Origin: Candidatus Cloacimonadota bacterium
Lineage (GTDB): Bacteria > Cloacimonadota > Cloacimonadia > JGIOTU-2
Direction: 5' to 3'
Assembly (NCBI GenBank): GCA_030613025.1
Contig: JAUWMT010000007.1
Span: forward strand, 4,882 to 68,881
Length of the DNA stretch: 64,000 nt
In this document: positions 29,906 to 39,593 of the stretch, in pieces
How positions within the stretch are numbered: the stretch's first letter is position 1
Layout of the letters: each line of letters starts with the position of its first letter
Notes under the pieces: generated by a model
Told to the model about the DNA's origin: nothing
What the model saw: only the letters and a program-made list of their open reading frames with translations
The model's database searches: none
Program-made: the position numbers and the translations under genes

Positions 29906-30587
29906 TATATTCTTCAAATTACAAGTTAGACTTAAATTAAGTTCTAAACCCTAATTTCTAATGACAAATAAAATGTCAAAATTTAAATGTCAAAGTAATT
30001 TTTTCTTCCTTGATTTAATTACAATTGATGAGAAAATTAGATTTACCTCGTTAGATAATTTCATATATATCAGAAAGAATATCTAATAGCATAAATATCT
30101 AACAGGGTTAAGTTCATTAGCTTCTTTCCAATAAATTTTTGCTTCATCTTTTAACTTTGGAACTGCTTTTGAAATCATCCTCAACCAATGTTTTGATTCT
30201 TTAGACTCCTTTTTACAAATACCTATTTTATGTTCGAAATCTCTTTTTGATTCTGCACAATCTGTTTTTTACCCCGTTAGATAATTTTTTACAGATATAT
30301 AACCGATATAATACTTTCTATCGTTAAACCTTTTCCACACTTAAATAAAGCATACATATCTAACGGGGCAGGTAATTAGCACCAACACTTGTACCCGCTT
30401 TAACTAATTGAGTAATTAGAGGTAGAGTTATCGGATTTGGAGGGATTTTTTTTGCAAATTCGATAATATCCTCACCAAATTTTGCAGTTCTCTCCTCTAA
30501 ATCGAATCTCTTTTTATTTGCCATTTGTCATTTGAAATTTCATTAGAAATTAAATATTTGGAATTAGTAATTTAAATTTCTCAGGAT
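29906..30587. mobile_element. About 0.7-kb non-coding insertion upstream of gpmA, flanked by a ~37-bp direct duplication of the gpmA start and containing two MITE-like units
   Basis: The direct repeats GGAAATTACTTAAATAAATCATATTT(T)AACCTTT(T)ATA lie at 29869-29905 and 30588-30624. The two internal units carry CCCCGTTAGATA…TATCTAACGGGG IRs (30045-30106, 30272-30368). The interior is roughly palindromic (AATTTCTAATGACAAATAAAATGTCAAAA). Confidence 0.55.
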
Positions 30588-30628
30588 GGAAATTACTTAA
30601 ATAAATCATATTTAACCTTTTATAATAT

Positions 30629-31555
30629 CTACTGCAAAACTTGAGATACATAATTATTTCTTTTGTAGATACTGAGAGTTTCTTCGGGCGGTCTGCCTTC
30701 TACAGTTATCGCATATATTGCTTTGCACAGGCGAACAGCATCCTGAAGGGTTTTCTGATGAATATTTCTTCCAGTTGCATTTCCTGCAGCGCCTGCCTGG
30801 ATCTGGTCATAAATTCGTTTGAGGAATTCGTCCACATCTACCGAAGATCCGCCTGCACAGATCACGCCTGTTCTCCCTGCTGCTTTTATCGCTTCTTTGA
30901 AATCTTCTTTGGCATGATAAGTATCCGGGTAATTTACTTTTACAAAATCAGCACCGAGACATGAGGCAACACCTGTGGCACCAGCAATAAGATGAGGATC
31001 TTTCTCATTGGTTACCGCCTTTCCGCGCGGATAGATCCAGAGAATTGCGATAAGCCCGTTCTGATGTGCCTGCCTGACGAGATGTGCTGCCTGGCGCAGC
31101 ATTTTGTGTTCATATTCACTGCCAAGATATAATGTGTAGCCAACACCTAAAATTTTCAGGTCACTGATATTTTTAAAGTGGATTACTTCCTGAACTGAAG
31201 TAAGCAGCGCACTATAAGGGTCCTGCTGCGAGGTTTTGATCAGATTGGTTTTTGAGTTGAGCTTCACCACATAGGGAATATTCCTATAGTTATCCCCATA
31301 TCTGGCGATCAAACCAAGCTGAGCAGCGAATGCGCCGATAGGTGATTGGGCAGCAATTTTGAACAGATGTTCCGGATTGGCATCCTCATCGGAAATTCCC
31401 TCACCATAGAAATCATCATTTAGATGTTCGATCTTCTGGTCTCCTGCAAAAAGCATTAATCTTCCGCTTTTACGGGTGATCTCCTGATAATTAAAGATAT
31501 ATGTACCCTTAACATCCTGAGGAACATCTAAAGGGACGCTAGTTCTGTCTTTCAT
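30629..31555 (-). CDS. Class I fructose-bisphosphate aldolase (DhnA/FbaB-type)
   Basis: 308 aa, aldolase-type TIM barrel. Lies next to gpmA. Confidence 0.6.
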   Translation of the reverse strand: MKDRTSVPLDVPQDVKGTYIFNYQEITRKSGRLMLFAGDQKIEHLNDDFYGEGISDEDANPEHLFKIAAQSPIGAFAAQLGLIARYGDNYRNIPYVVKLNSKTNLIKTSQQDPYSALLTSVQEVIHFKNISDLKILGVGYTLYLGSEYEHKMLRQAAHLVRQAHQNGLIAILWIYPRGKAVTNEKDPHLIAGATGVASCLGADFVKVNYPDTYHAKEDFKEAIKAAGRTGVICAGGSSVDVDEFLKRIYDQIQAGAAGNATGRNIHQKTLQDAVRLCKAIYAITVEGRPPEETLSIYKRNNYVSQVLQ

Positions 31556-31627
31556 AGATTATTTCCTAAATGATTTTTGTACAAAGGAGTGCCCCGACAA
31601 GTCAAGAACACTCCTTAAAAGAATGTG

Positions 31628-32374
31628 TTATTTGGTTACTTTTTCAAGGAAACCTTTAATAAGGTCGATTGGTAATGGGAATACAATAGTTGAGTTCTTT
31701 TCCGCAGCGATATCGTTCAGTGTTTGCAGGTATCTGAGCTGGATTGAAGCTGGATTTTGGGATAGTATTTTTGCTGCTTCTGCGAGCTTCTCGGAAGCTT
31801 GAAGTTCACCTTCCGCATGGATGATCTTGGCACGGCGTTCACGTTCTGCTTCTGCCTGACGAGCCATTGCCCTCTGCATTGTGGAAGGAAGCTCCACATC
31901 TTTGACCTCGACAACGCTCACTTTGATCCCCCAGGGATCCGTTTGTTTATCGATCACTCGCTGGAGTTCCATGCTGATCTTATCTCTTTCGGAAAGGAGT
32001 TCATCGAGTTCTGATTTCCCGAGAATATTTCGCAGTGTGGTTTGAGCGATCTGCGATGTTGCCTGTACATAGTTCTCAATTTTGACCACTGCATCTTCCG
32101 GGTTAACAACTCGGAAGTACACCACAGCATTAACTTTTACAGGCACATTATCACGTGTGATGATATCCTGCGGCGGGACGTCCATGGTTACGGTACGAAG
32201 TTCGACCTTTACCATATTATCAATAAATGGAATGAGCAGAAATATTCCAGGACCCTTTGCACGAAGAAGTCTTCCCAAACGGAAAACGACACCACGTTCA
32301 TATTCGCGAACGACACGTATCGCTTTGAACAATATAATAAGCCCGAGAACAACTATTATTACAATAGTTTGCAT
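31628..32374 (-). CDS. SPFH/band-7 (stomatin/prohibitin-like) membrane protein
   Basis: N-terminal TM followed by SPFH domain and coiled coil. Confidence 0.8.
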   Translation of the reverse strand: MQTIVIIVVLGLIILFKAIRVVREYERGVVFRLGRLLRAKGPGIFLLIPFIDNMVKVELRTVTMDVPPQDIITRDNVPVKVNAVVYFRVVNPEDAVVKIENYVQATSQIAQTTLRNILGKSELDELLSERDKISMELQRVIDKQTDPWGIKVSVVEVKDVELPSTMQRAMARQAEAERERRAKIIHAEGELQASEKLAEAAKILSQNPASIQLRYLQTLNDIAAEKNSTIVFPLPIDLIKGFLEKVTK

Positions 32375-32561
32375 GTAAACCTCCTGTTTTGAGTTTTAAA
32401 ATGAAATACTTATTTGTAGAATGTGCTGTCAATTTATTTGAGAAAAATTGTGATGTTATGCCGCGAAGAATGTAGATAAAATGGTTATGTTTTACTTTCT
32501 CAACGACTAGTTAGACCAGTATGATATAAAACAAATGTGAATACTGAATTTGTGATGAGCA

Positions 32562-34982
32562 TTACTTCTTCCAATCGTAGGTCAACTTGCCGCACCCGCA
32601 CCTGATTTTGCTTTCCACATTGTCAAAATATTTGATAGAAATAAACTTCCTACACCCGTCGCAGTAAAAGATATGAATGGTCTTTTCAATATCTTCCCAT
32701 ATTGCTGCTAAGTCCTCAATACTTTCTGTAAACTCATTGTCATGAGACGTGACATTACCAATGAACATTGGCATTCCTTTCAGTTTTTGAATGTTGGCCT
32801 TATCCTTTAATCCATTTCCCTTCTTTGAAATTCGACCATGCACAACATCCAATAGTTCAGCAGCCATTCTCTTTTCATTTATTTCATTATATCTAAAAGC
32901 AACTTGGGCCTCTATGTTGTAGGCTATTTCCTTCATTACCTTTTCAGTATAAATCCTTATATAATTACCTAGTCCTTCTTTGTCTTTGGCCTCAAATTTC
33001 TTGAGAATACGTTCCTTGATGTCAGTTATGCCTTCTACAATTCCTACCCCGTTCTCTTTTGACCACTTAAAATCTTGAAGTAGCCAACCTTTACTTTTCA
33101 CATCACTGGCCACTAATTCAAAGAATCCCTGCTCATGTGTAAGTAACAGAATTTGGTAGTTGCTGAACTTATCAGTTAGCAGTTTTGCGAACCTTGATCT
33201 GTGTGGCCTGTCAAAACTTGAAATAACATCGTCAAGGATAAAAAACTCGTTCTGCTTATTGAATGCTTTAACAGAAGCTAAAAAGAAAGATAGGCCAAGA
33301 CAGTTAATGTGACTTTCACTCAAATAGGCGATTGGTGGCGTTTTGGTCTCATCAAAGAAGCTATACTCGATTGTTATTCCGACTAGGTCATCGTTTTTGT
33401 CCTTGATTGGCACTAACTTAATATCCTCAATTTTCTCATTGGGGTTCATAGTAGTGTAATATTCATCAATGTTTGCGGAGAACATTTCAAGAAATACATT
33501 TAAAGCTTCTTCTTGCCTTTTAATAAAATCGGCAAAAAGCAGTTGGAATGTAACTTGTTGTTTTGTTAGTATTTCTTGTTGTCTTTTAATGCTTTGATAT
33601 TGATTGTAAGCGGTGACCGCGTGAAATAGCTTGGTGTATATTTGGAATTTTATATTTGATCTCTTACTTTCTGTGAGCGTCTTTGCCGTGCCTTGTGCTT
33701 GCTTGGCAAGCTCAGATATATCTTTCTTATCAATCTGTATTTTGCTCGGCTCCTGAATTAGGTCTTTAGCTATCAATTCCTTTTTAAGTTCATCAGAAAA
33801 GGCATTCAAGGAGGTTTTAATTTGCTGAACCTTCTCAAGAAGTTTGGCTTGCGTTTCCTCTTTGAAAAGCCTCTCTTTGAGTAACCCATCAATCGTATTG
33901 ATATTGACTCGCAAAATATCTTTTAATTTTTGTCCCTGTTCTCCTAACTTATCCTTCTCTATTTCTAGTTCCTCTAATTCTTTAATCCTTTCATTTAATT
34001 CTATAATCAATTCTATTCTGCTCTTTTCTTGTAGGCAGAGTGGACAGTAATCATCCAGCACAACATCGTTTTTCAAAACACTCTGCCCTTCTTTCAGTAA
34101 AGCGAGAAGTTGTAGTTTTTGAATATTCTCAGGGTCTTTTTGCAGTTCGTTGTAGGTTGTGTGATAAATATTATATCTTGAGTGTATGCTATCAATGTTC
34201 CCGATAATTTCCGTTAAGTTTTCTCCAACCTTCGTATAGAAACTAATTTGCTCTAAAAGAGCTGTTTCTTCTTTGGTTTCAATTGCTTTTAGAACATCTT
34301 GAATATCTTTATGCAGTTTAATATCCTTTTCAATTTGTAATGGTTTTATCAACTGATTTGCTCCCGCAAAAAGTTGGTCATCAGTATAGGCATTTTGTCC
34401 GAGATTTTCGAGAACAACAGCTTGTTGGGCATTTTTCTGATTATCATAGTTGGCTGCTCTGATATTGCGAGCAATTCTTCCAGCTGACTTCTTGAGAAGA
34501 CCGCGGATATCAGTAACAGCAGAAAAGCCAATAATGTTTTGAAGTTTCTCTAGCTTCTCGCCCGGGCGGGCGACAATGAAGCCTACCAGATCTCTGTAGC
34601 GTAGAATTAAATTCTCAGATTGAGAAGCATGCAAATAATCTTTGAAATAATCTGTTGTATTGGATGTAGTTACCTCTAATGAACTGTCAATAGTTTTTGT
34701 TGCATTCAATTTGTTATTGGAATACTGAATGTTAACGAATGCATCTTCATTATTAGGGATAAACAGACTGCGCAATGACCCTCTTCCTTTGGTCACCCCA
34801 GTTTCTTTACTAATCAAATGCTCAACACCATCTGAATAGTACCACTCAACGGCATCAGTCAAAGAGCTTTTCCCCGATCCATTCTCACCAAATATCAGAA
34901 TTGAATTTTTATTTAAGTTTAGTGATAAAGGGATTTTAATGCCCCGTATTCCACTAATTTCGATTGATTTAATCTTTGCCAT
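32562..34982 (-). CDS. Rad50/SMC-like ABC ATPase with CxxC zinc-hook and C-terminal Zn-ribbon extension (RloC-like anticodon-nuclease candidate)
   Basis: Walker A GENGSGKSS; long coiled coil with CPLC near residue 305; signature-like LSESH; Walker B FFILDDV; H-loop LLTHEQ. The ~140-aa C-terminal extension has KRMAAE…H and CDGC…CGCG. Confidence 0.6.
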   Translation of the reverse strand: MAKIKSIEISGIRGIKIPLSLNLNKNSILIFGENGSGKSSLTDAVEWYYSDGVEHLISKETGVTKGRGSLRSLFIPNNEDAFVNIQYSNNKLNATKTIDSSLEVTTSNTTDYFKDYLHASQSENLILRYRDLVGFIVARPGEKLEKLQNIIGFSAVTDIRGLLKKSAGRIARNIRAANYDNQKNAQQAVVLENLGQNAYTDDQLFAGANQLIKPLQIEKDIKLHKDIQDVLKAIETKEETALLEQISFYTKVGENLTEIIGNIDSIHSRYNIYHTTYNELQKDPENIQKLQLLALLKEGQSVLKNDVVLDDYCPLCLQEKSRIELIIELNERIKELEELEIEKDKLGEQGQKLKDILRVNINTIDGLLKERLFKEETQAKLLEKVQQIKTSLNAFSDELKKELIAKDLIQEPSKIQIDKKDISELAKQAQGTAKTLTESKRSNIKFQIYTKLFHAVTAYNQYQSIKRQQEILTKQQVTFQLLFADFIKRQEEALNVFLEMFSANIDEYYTTMNPNEKIEDIKLVPIKDKNDDLVGITIEYSFFDETKTPPIAYLSESHINCLGLSFFLASVKAFNKQNEFFILDDVISSFDRPHRSRFAKLLTDKFSNYQILLLTHEQGFFELVASDVKSKGWLLQDFKWSKENGVGIVEGITDIKERILKKFEAKDKEGLGNYIRIYTEKVMKEIAYNIEAQVAFRYNEINEKRMAAELLDVVHGRISKKGNGLKDKANIQKLKGMPMFIGNVTSHDNEFTESIEDLAAIWEDIEKTIHIFYCDGCRKFISIKYFDNVESKIRCGCGKLTYDWKK

Positions 34983-34983
34983 A

Positions 34984-35178
34984 TTATTCCTCTTTTGTTA
35001 CGAGGTCTTGTTGAAATAGTTGCCCCATTGCATTCTGGATGTTAGTATCAGTTAATTTTCCTTCACGGTATAAGGAAGTAAGTATTTCAACAGTTTTTTT
35101 GTCTGCCCCTTCTATTTTCTTAATCTCAGCGAAGAACTCTTCAATTATTTGTTTTCCACTTTTAATCTTGTTACTCAT
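34984..35178 (-). CDS. 64-aa hypothetical protein, translationally coupled to the ABC ATPase
   Basis: Its stop TAA lies 1 nt before the ATPase ATG. Confidence 0.45.
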   Translation of the reverse strand: MSNKIKSGKQIIEEFFAEIKKIEGADKKTVEILTSLYREGKLTDTNIQNAMGQLFQQDLVTKEE

Positions 35179-35202
35179 GATATAATACTCCTATCATATG
35201 CT

Positions 35203-35673
35203 TTATTCAAAATATGGCCAGTCAATTATAAATTTGGCTTTTAATTTTTTATCTAATATCTCATAACTGGATTTATTGTTGCATATAGGATACACTCCAT
35301 ATTTTTTAACAAAGTCTAGGATGAAATAACTTTCTAGGTCTTCAATCCTGTTATTCCAGAATTTGCGAAGCATTTCGAAGTTAATATAAGTAAAATAAAG
35401 TTGTCCTACCTTGCTGTAGTTGATAAGTCCCCAGTTCTTACTTTTCCCTTCTAGGTGTTCTGCCAGTCGACTACCAATGCTGTTTGTTTTTTTTTCGCTC
35501 ATTCCAATGTAGAGCAATCGAGATTGTTTGAAAGGGTATTGAATTTTTGTCTTATTATTAAATATGAAATATAGTCCCGTTAATCCTATGAGTGGCTTTA
35601 TGTTAAGTATTTCAAATGTCTTTGGACTGTCAAAAAATATTTTTAGCTCTGTTATTTCATTAATCATACTCAT
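35203..35673 (-). CDS. GIY-YIG nuclease-family protein
   Basis: GLYFIF…(11 aa)…LLYIGMS…RLAEHLEG matches GIY-(x9-11)-YIG…R…H. Confidence 0.55.
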   Translation of the reverse strand: MSMINEITELKIFFDSPKTFEILNIKPLIGLTGLYFIFNNKTKIQYPFKQSRLLYIGMSEKKTNSIGSRLAEHLEGKSKNWGLINYSKVGQLYFTYINFEMLRKFWNNRIEDLESYFILDFVKKYGVYPICNNKSSYEILDKKLKAKFIIDWPYFE

Positions 35674-35790
35674 GTATCTCCACTTGTATATTGACCAAGT
35701 TGATTCCTTCGTGTTGATTCTAAAATTATAACGCTATCTAAGCTAGGAGCGAAGGTTTGATTATTACAATTCTATTTCTTGAAATATATT

Positions 35791-36018
35791 TTATATGAGT
35801 TTTGATTCGTAACCTTTTCTAACTTTTGTGTTGATAAAACTATTTAATCCTTTCCCTGCAAAAGCAAGCAATTTCATTTTTTCAATGTTTGTATTACCGG
35901 CACTTCTGTAAGTATAAATATAAACTGCGCCAGTACTGAATTGAACAGTTATTGAGTCATCACCAATCTCGTAGGCTGCGACTCCCGAATTTTTCCCTAA
36001 GTTCTTATAACGTTCCAT
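35791..36018 (-). CDS. KTSC-domain protein
   Basis: 75 aa; ITVQF.TGAVYIYTY…FINTKVRKGY pattern. Confidence 0.45.
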   Translation of the reverse strand: MERYKNLGKNSGVAAYEIGDDSITVQFSTGAVYIYTYRSAGNTNIEKMKLLAFAGKGLNSFINTKVRKGYESKLI

Positions 36019-36616
36019 AATGAATCTCCTTTATGGTTTATGGTTAAATTACTTAAACAAATAACATATGTTTTCTACTAATTATTTATCAATCATTACT
36101 CACACCAGCCATATAATCTATTTAGTCATTAATTGATTATTGGTTCCTAAGGTATTTATGACAAATTTCCCGTGTGCTCCATTTAGATTTTTCATAATTG
36201 CTAACAATATTCCGGCTCTTTAAAATAAATACAAATTTTCATTATTTTTTTCACCTCAGTTTTCATAATCATAACATTTGTTGGCTTTTTTATTAAATCA
36301 AATCGCATACGTCAAGAAAATATTTATATAGGAAATATTATTGGGCTGAGCAGGGAGAAAATGAAAATTTGAAATTCGAAATTGGAAAGTAGATAAATGT
36401 GTGAATATTACCAGTTCATTCTTATTTCAATAGGTCATCCAATTCAAAAGAAAGGGGGGCTGATTTTTCTGTATTTCATAATTATGACGATTTTGTATCA
36501 AAAGTGAAATGACCTGCCAATAAAAAAAACAGGAAAAGCACATTGTGATTAAAGCAAAATTTCCCGGGAGCTTCATTTAGATCTTTCATAATTATTAACA
36601 AATTTTCACCCAAACT

Positions 36617-36818
36617 AATACAAAAAATTTATAAACCTTGCCTATATTTTAAGCATTTTATAAACCTATTCATCATTATACGAGATGAGGTTTTCATGAA
36701 ATATACTGTTTTAGGATCCAGTTCCTGCGTTCCTGATTCGCAGAAAAATTCATCCGGTGGATTGTTAGAGATTAACGGCATTTTGATGCTTGTGGACTGC
36801 GGAACAGGTGCGCTTCAT
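36617..36818. repeat. 202-bp direct repeat copy A: promoter region plus first 41 codons of the MBL-fold gene (~93% identical to 38339-38540)
   Basis: ATG at 36696 opens MKYTVLGSSSCVPDSQKNSSGGLLEINGILMLVDCGTGALH then diverges and stops. Confidence 0.9.
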
Positions 36819-37551
36819 CCAAAAGAATGTACCACTTCCCGCTATTGTCGTAATTTCTAAAATCAACGATCTTTTCTTTATGTTCATCAGAAATTAAGTC
36901 CGAGCGGTAATAAAAAACAGTTATCTCATTTTTAGCAAACGGCAGGGCATTTTCCCGTTTCAAACTCTTAATCTTTTTATACTGGCTCGGCGTTACGCCA
37001 AAAGTCGCCTTGGAAATTTCTGCGGTTAAGATTTCGTAGTCTTTTTGTTCCCGAGCGCCTCGTTCTTTCCATTCGTCGGTCAATTCCTCGCGGATGGCAA
37101 TGCCCCGCATTCGCTTTTCTATCCAATCGTCACTATAACCCTTGAGTTTATAAAGTGTTCTTGTCCGCTTTGTCGCCAATTCCGGATTTTCTATTTCCTG
37201 TACTCGTTCATACCCGACTTTTGCCAGCCAACGCTTAAATGGTTCGACTTTGGGAGAAGGGATAGTTTGAATAATGCGAAAAATTGTCTCTGTATTAGCA
37301 CAATCGGTTTCACGCATTTTTCCGTCTGATGCTTCTAATTTCAACTGTCCGATTTTTTCGGACAGTTCAGAATACCCCTCGTTTATAAGTTTCTTTTTTA
37401 GGTCATTCCAATATTTTCTCGGTCTTTCGGTGCCTGTTAGCACCTCAATAATATCAATAACCGAAAACCACCATTCGTTATCATGGATGGTTTTTCTGAC
37501 TTTTTTGCCCTTAAAAATGGCGATTTTAGTTGTGGTAATTTCTTTTTTCAT
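36772..37551 (-). CDS. Bro-N / DinD-like (DNA-damage-inducible protein D family) protein
   Basis: NEWWFSVIDIIEVLTG…RKYWNDLKKKL resembles the DinD/Bro-N N-terminus. Its last ~15 codons read through repeat copy A on the opposite strand. Confidence 0.5.
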   Translation of the reverse strand: MKKEITTTKIAIFKGKKVRKTIHDNEWWFSVIDIIEVLTGTERPRKYWNDLKKKLINEGYSELSEKIGQLKLEASDGKMRETDCANTETIFRIIQTIPSPKVEPFKRWLAKVGYERVQEIENPELATKRTRTLYKLKGYSDDWIEKRMRGIAIREELTDEWKERGAREQKDYEILTAEISKATFGVTPSQYKKIKSLKRENALPFAKNEITVFYYRSDLISDEHKEKIVDFRNYDNSGKWYILLDEAHLFRSPQASKCR

Positions 37552-37566
37552 AATTTGTCTCCGGGG

Positions 37567-38013
37567 TCAGTCCCACCAGATTAATGGCTTAATAAGTTTA
37601 TAATCCAATTCTTTGGTGTTTATTTTGGTCCCGTCGCTGAATTCCACCTCATCTTTTCGGATAGCTTTTATCCATTTACCGGTCAGGTTTGATAATGTTT
37701 CGGCAATATCAATGCTTGTCCCGAGCGGAGCCGAGGGATCGGGGTAAAGTTTTGCCATATCTACAGTTACCCTATTATTCTCATAATCAATTTCCAATGC
37801 CTTTAGCATTTTCTCGTCTTTCATAAAGACATATTCTTGATACGGAGACCTGCCGGGGACATTAAATAAATCACCATCCTTATATTTGCAGTTTGCCAGT
37901 GCTTCTTCATATTGTTCAAGTTCGTAATATTTGATAAAACCGCCCTCGCCTTCAATTTTTGCGCCAATAAAAATATCCTGAAGCGCTTTGAAAAATTTTT
38001 GTTCTTTAGTCAT
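37567..38013 (-). CDS. Hypothetical 148-aa protein, co-oriented partner of the DinD-like gene
   Basis: 15-nt intergenic gap to the DinD-like gene; no recognisable motif. Confidence 0.4.
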   Translation of the reverse strand: MTKEQKFFKALQDIFIGAKIEGEGGFIKYYELEQYEEALANCKYKDGDLFNVPGRSPYQEYVFMKDEKMLKALEIDYENNRVTVDMAKLYPDPSAPLGTSIDIAETLSNLTGKWIKAIRKDEVEFSDGTKINTKELDYKLIKPLIWWD

Positions 38014-38338
38014 ATTATCCTCTATTAGATAATTTAATAGTTAATTCCATTATAAATATTTTTATTTTCAAAACCATATTAGAATCAGCGCCTTTTTTGT
38101 TTTTCGCAATTGTATCTAACTATTATATAAATTCATTGTTATTATTATCCCAATATTGGCAGATTAAATATGCAAATTTCCATTATTTTTTCACCTCAGT
38201 TTTTCTAATCTTCGCATATGGCTATTTTCTATAAAATCATATATTATCCGTCAATAAATTTTTAAATATATCGAATGGGTAGTTAAGGATTTATAATTTA
38301 TATATTCTGCAAGACATATGCAAACTTCCAACTGATCC

Positions 38339-38540
38339 AATACAAAAAATTTATAAATCTTGCCTATGTTTTACACATTTTATAAAGCTATGCATCAGTA
38401 AGCACGAAGAGGTTTTCATGAAATATACTGTTTTAGGATCCGGCTCCTGCGTTCCTGATCCGCAGAAAAATTCATCAGGTGGATTGTTAGAGATTAACGG
38501 CATTTTGATGCTTGTGGACTGCGGAACAGGTGTGCTTCAT
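38339..38540. repeat. 202-bp direct repeat copy B (native promoter plus start of the MBL-fold gene)
   Basis: Aligned by eye to 36617-36818. Confidence 0.9.
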
Positions 38541-39167
38541 GCAATTCCAAGATCGGGCTATGACTATAAAAATATAGATGTAGTATGCCTGACACACCTT
38601 CATCTCGACCATGTAAATGATTTCGGAGCACTGCTTTTTGCATTGAGTCATGATCCTGAATGCAAGAGAAAAAAAGAACTGCTAATTATTGCATCAAAGG
38701 GATTTTCGCAATTCTATGACAACCTGAAACGATTATATGGTGATACGCTCGAGAACTCTTTTGATGTCGTGGTCAGGGAAATGGGAAATGAAGATTTCGA
38801 TTATGGAGATATAAACATACAGACGCTTCAGACGTTTCATACAGAAAACAGTATTGGATTCCGGTTTACGTATAAAGAGAAAGTGGTATGTATCTCCGGT
38901 GATACGGGTTATAATGATAATATAATCACTTTATGCAAGGATGCTGACCTTGCTGTGCTGGAGTGTTCATTTCCGCAAAAGGTGCATGAGGGAATCCATC
39001 TGAACCCCCTGCTTATTTCGAAGATCTTGGCAAAAGCTGATGTAAAAAAAGTGCTGCTTACCCACCTTTATCCTCATACTGAGGACTATCCCATTATTGA
39101 GTATATTACCCGAGAATACGATGGCGATATTACGATCGCTCAGGTTGGGAAATCTTATACTATATAA
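38418..39167 (+). CDS. MBL-fold metallo-hydrolase (RNase Z/ElaC-like beta-lactamase superfamily)
   Basis: HLHLDHVND is the HxHxDH motif; 249 aa. Confidence 0.75.
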   Translation: MKYTVLGSGSCVPDPQKNSSGGLLEINGILMLVDCGTGVLHAIPRSGYDYKNIDVVCLTHLHLDHVNDFGALLFALSHDPECKRKKELLIIASKGFSQFYDNLKRLYGDTLENSFDVVVREMGNEDFDYGDINIQTLQTFHTENSIGFRFTYKEKVVCISGDTGYNDNIITLCKDADLAVLECSFPQKVHEGIHLNPLLISKILAKADVKKVLLTHLYPHTEDYPIIEYITREYDGDITIAQVGKSYTI

Positions 39168-39377
39168 AACAATTTTCGTTTTTCGTTAATAGCATCAAAA
39201 AAATATGGAGTCGGCGAGTCTGTCGCTGTATTATTGGGAGTCGTTTGGACTTGACTTCATCCGCAAGCTGGCGGAGAGTTCAGAACAAAGAGCGGAAGTT
39301 CGAGTTAAAAATACGTTAGATTCGGGTTTTTCTGCATTCTGAACTCCATCCAACTGCTGATGTATGAAGTCCAGTCT

Positions 39378-39480
39378 GCTACTCCCCCAAATCGGTAAAA
39401 TATATTTGCGGATGGATAGTGGTATCCGTCCCTACAAATTAAATTTCATATGTATAGATATTTCCCTTTCCCCCAATGAC
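39378..39480. repeat. About 100-bp repeat, copy 1, flanking the HEPN/MNT cassette
   Basis: AAGTCCAGTCTGCTA…ATATTTGCGGATGGATAGTGGTATCCGTCCCTACAAATTAAATTTC…AATGACC. It contains a 9-bp-stem hairpin GGATGGATA-GTGG-TATCCGTCC. Confidence 0.75.
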
Positions 39481-39593
39481 CGGATTTTGATGATGTGCCA
39501 AACAGGAATGTTAAGTTACAAGTGAAAATATTGACAGAGGAAAATAAATATTTAATAAATCAACTGAAAATAAATAAAATTTAAAGTGTTAGT

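Noticed and set aside
32562-34982. Calling the 806-aa ATPase SbcC/Rad50
   Set aside because: It is shorter than SbcC (about 1000 aa or more), has no adjacent SbcD/Mre11 nuclease, and carries an extra C-terminal domain, so housekeeping SbcC seems unlikely. It is kept as an RloC-like or novel ATPase.
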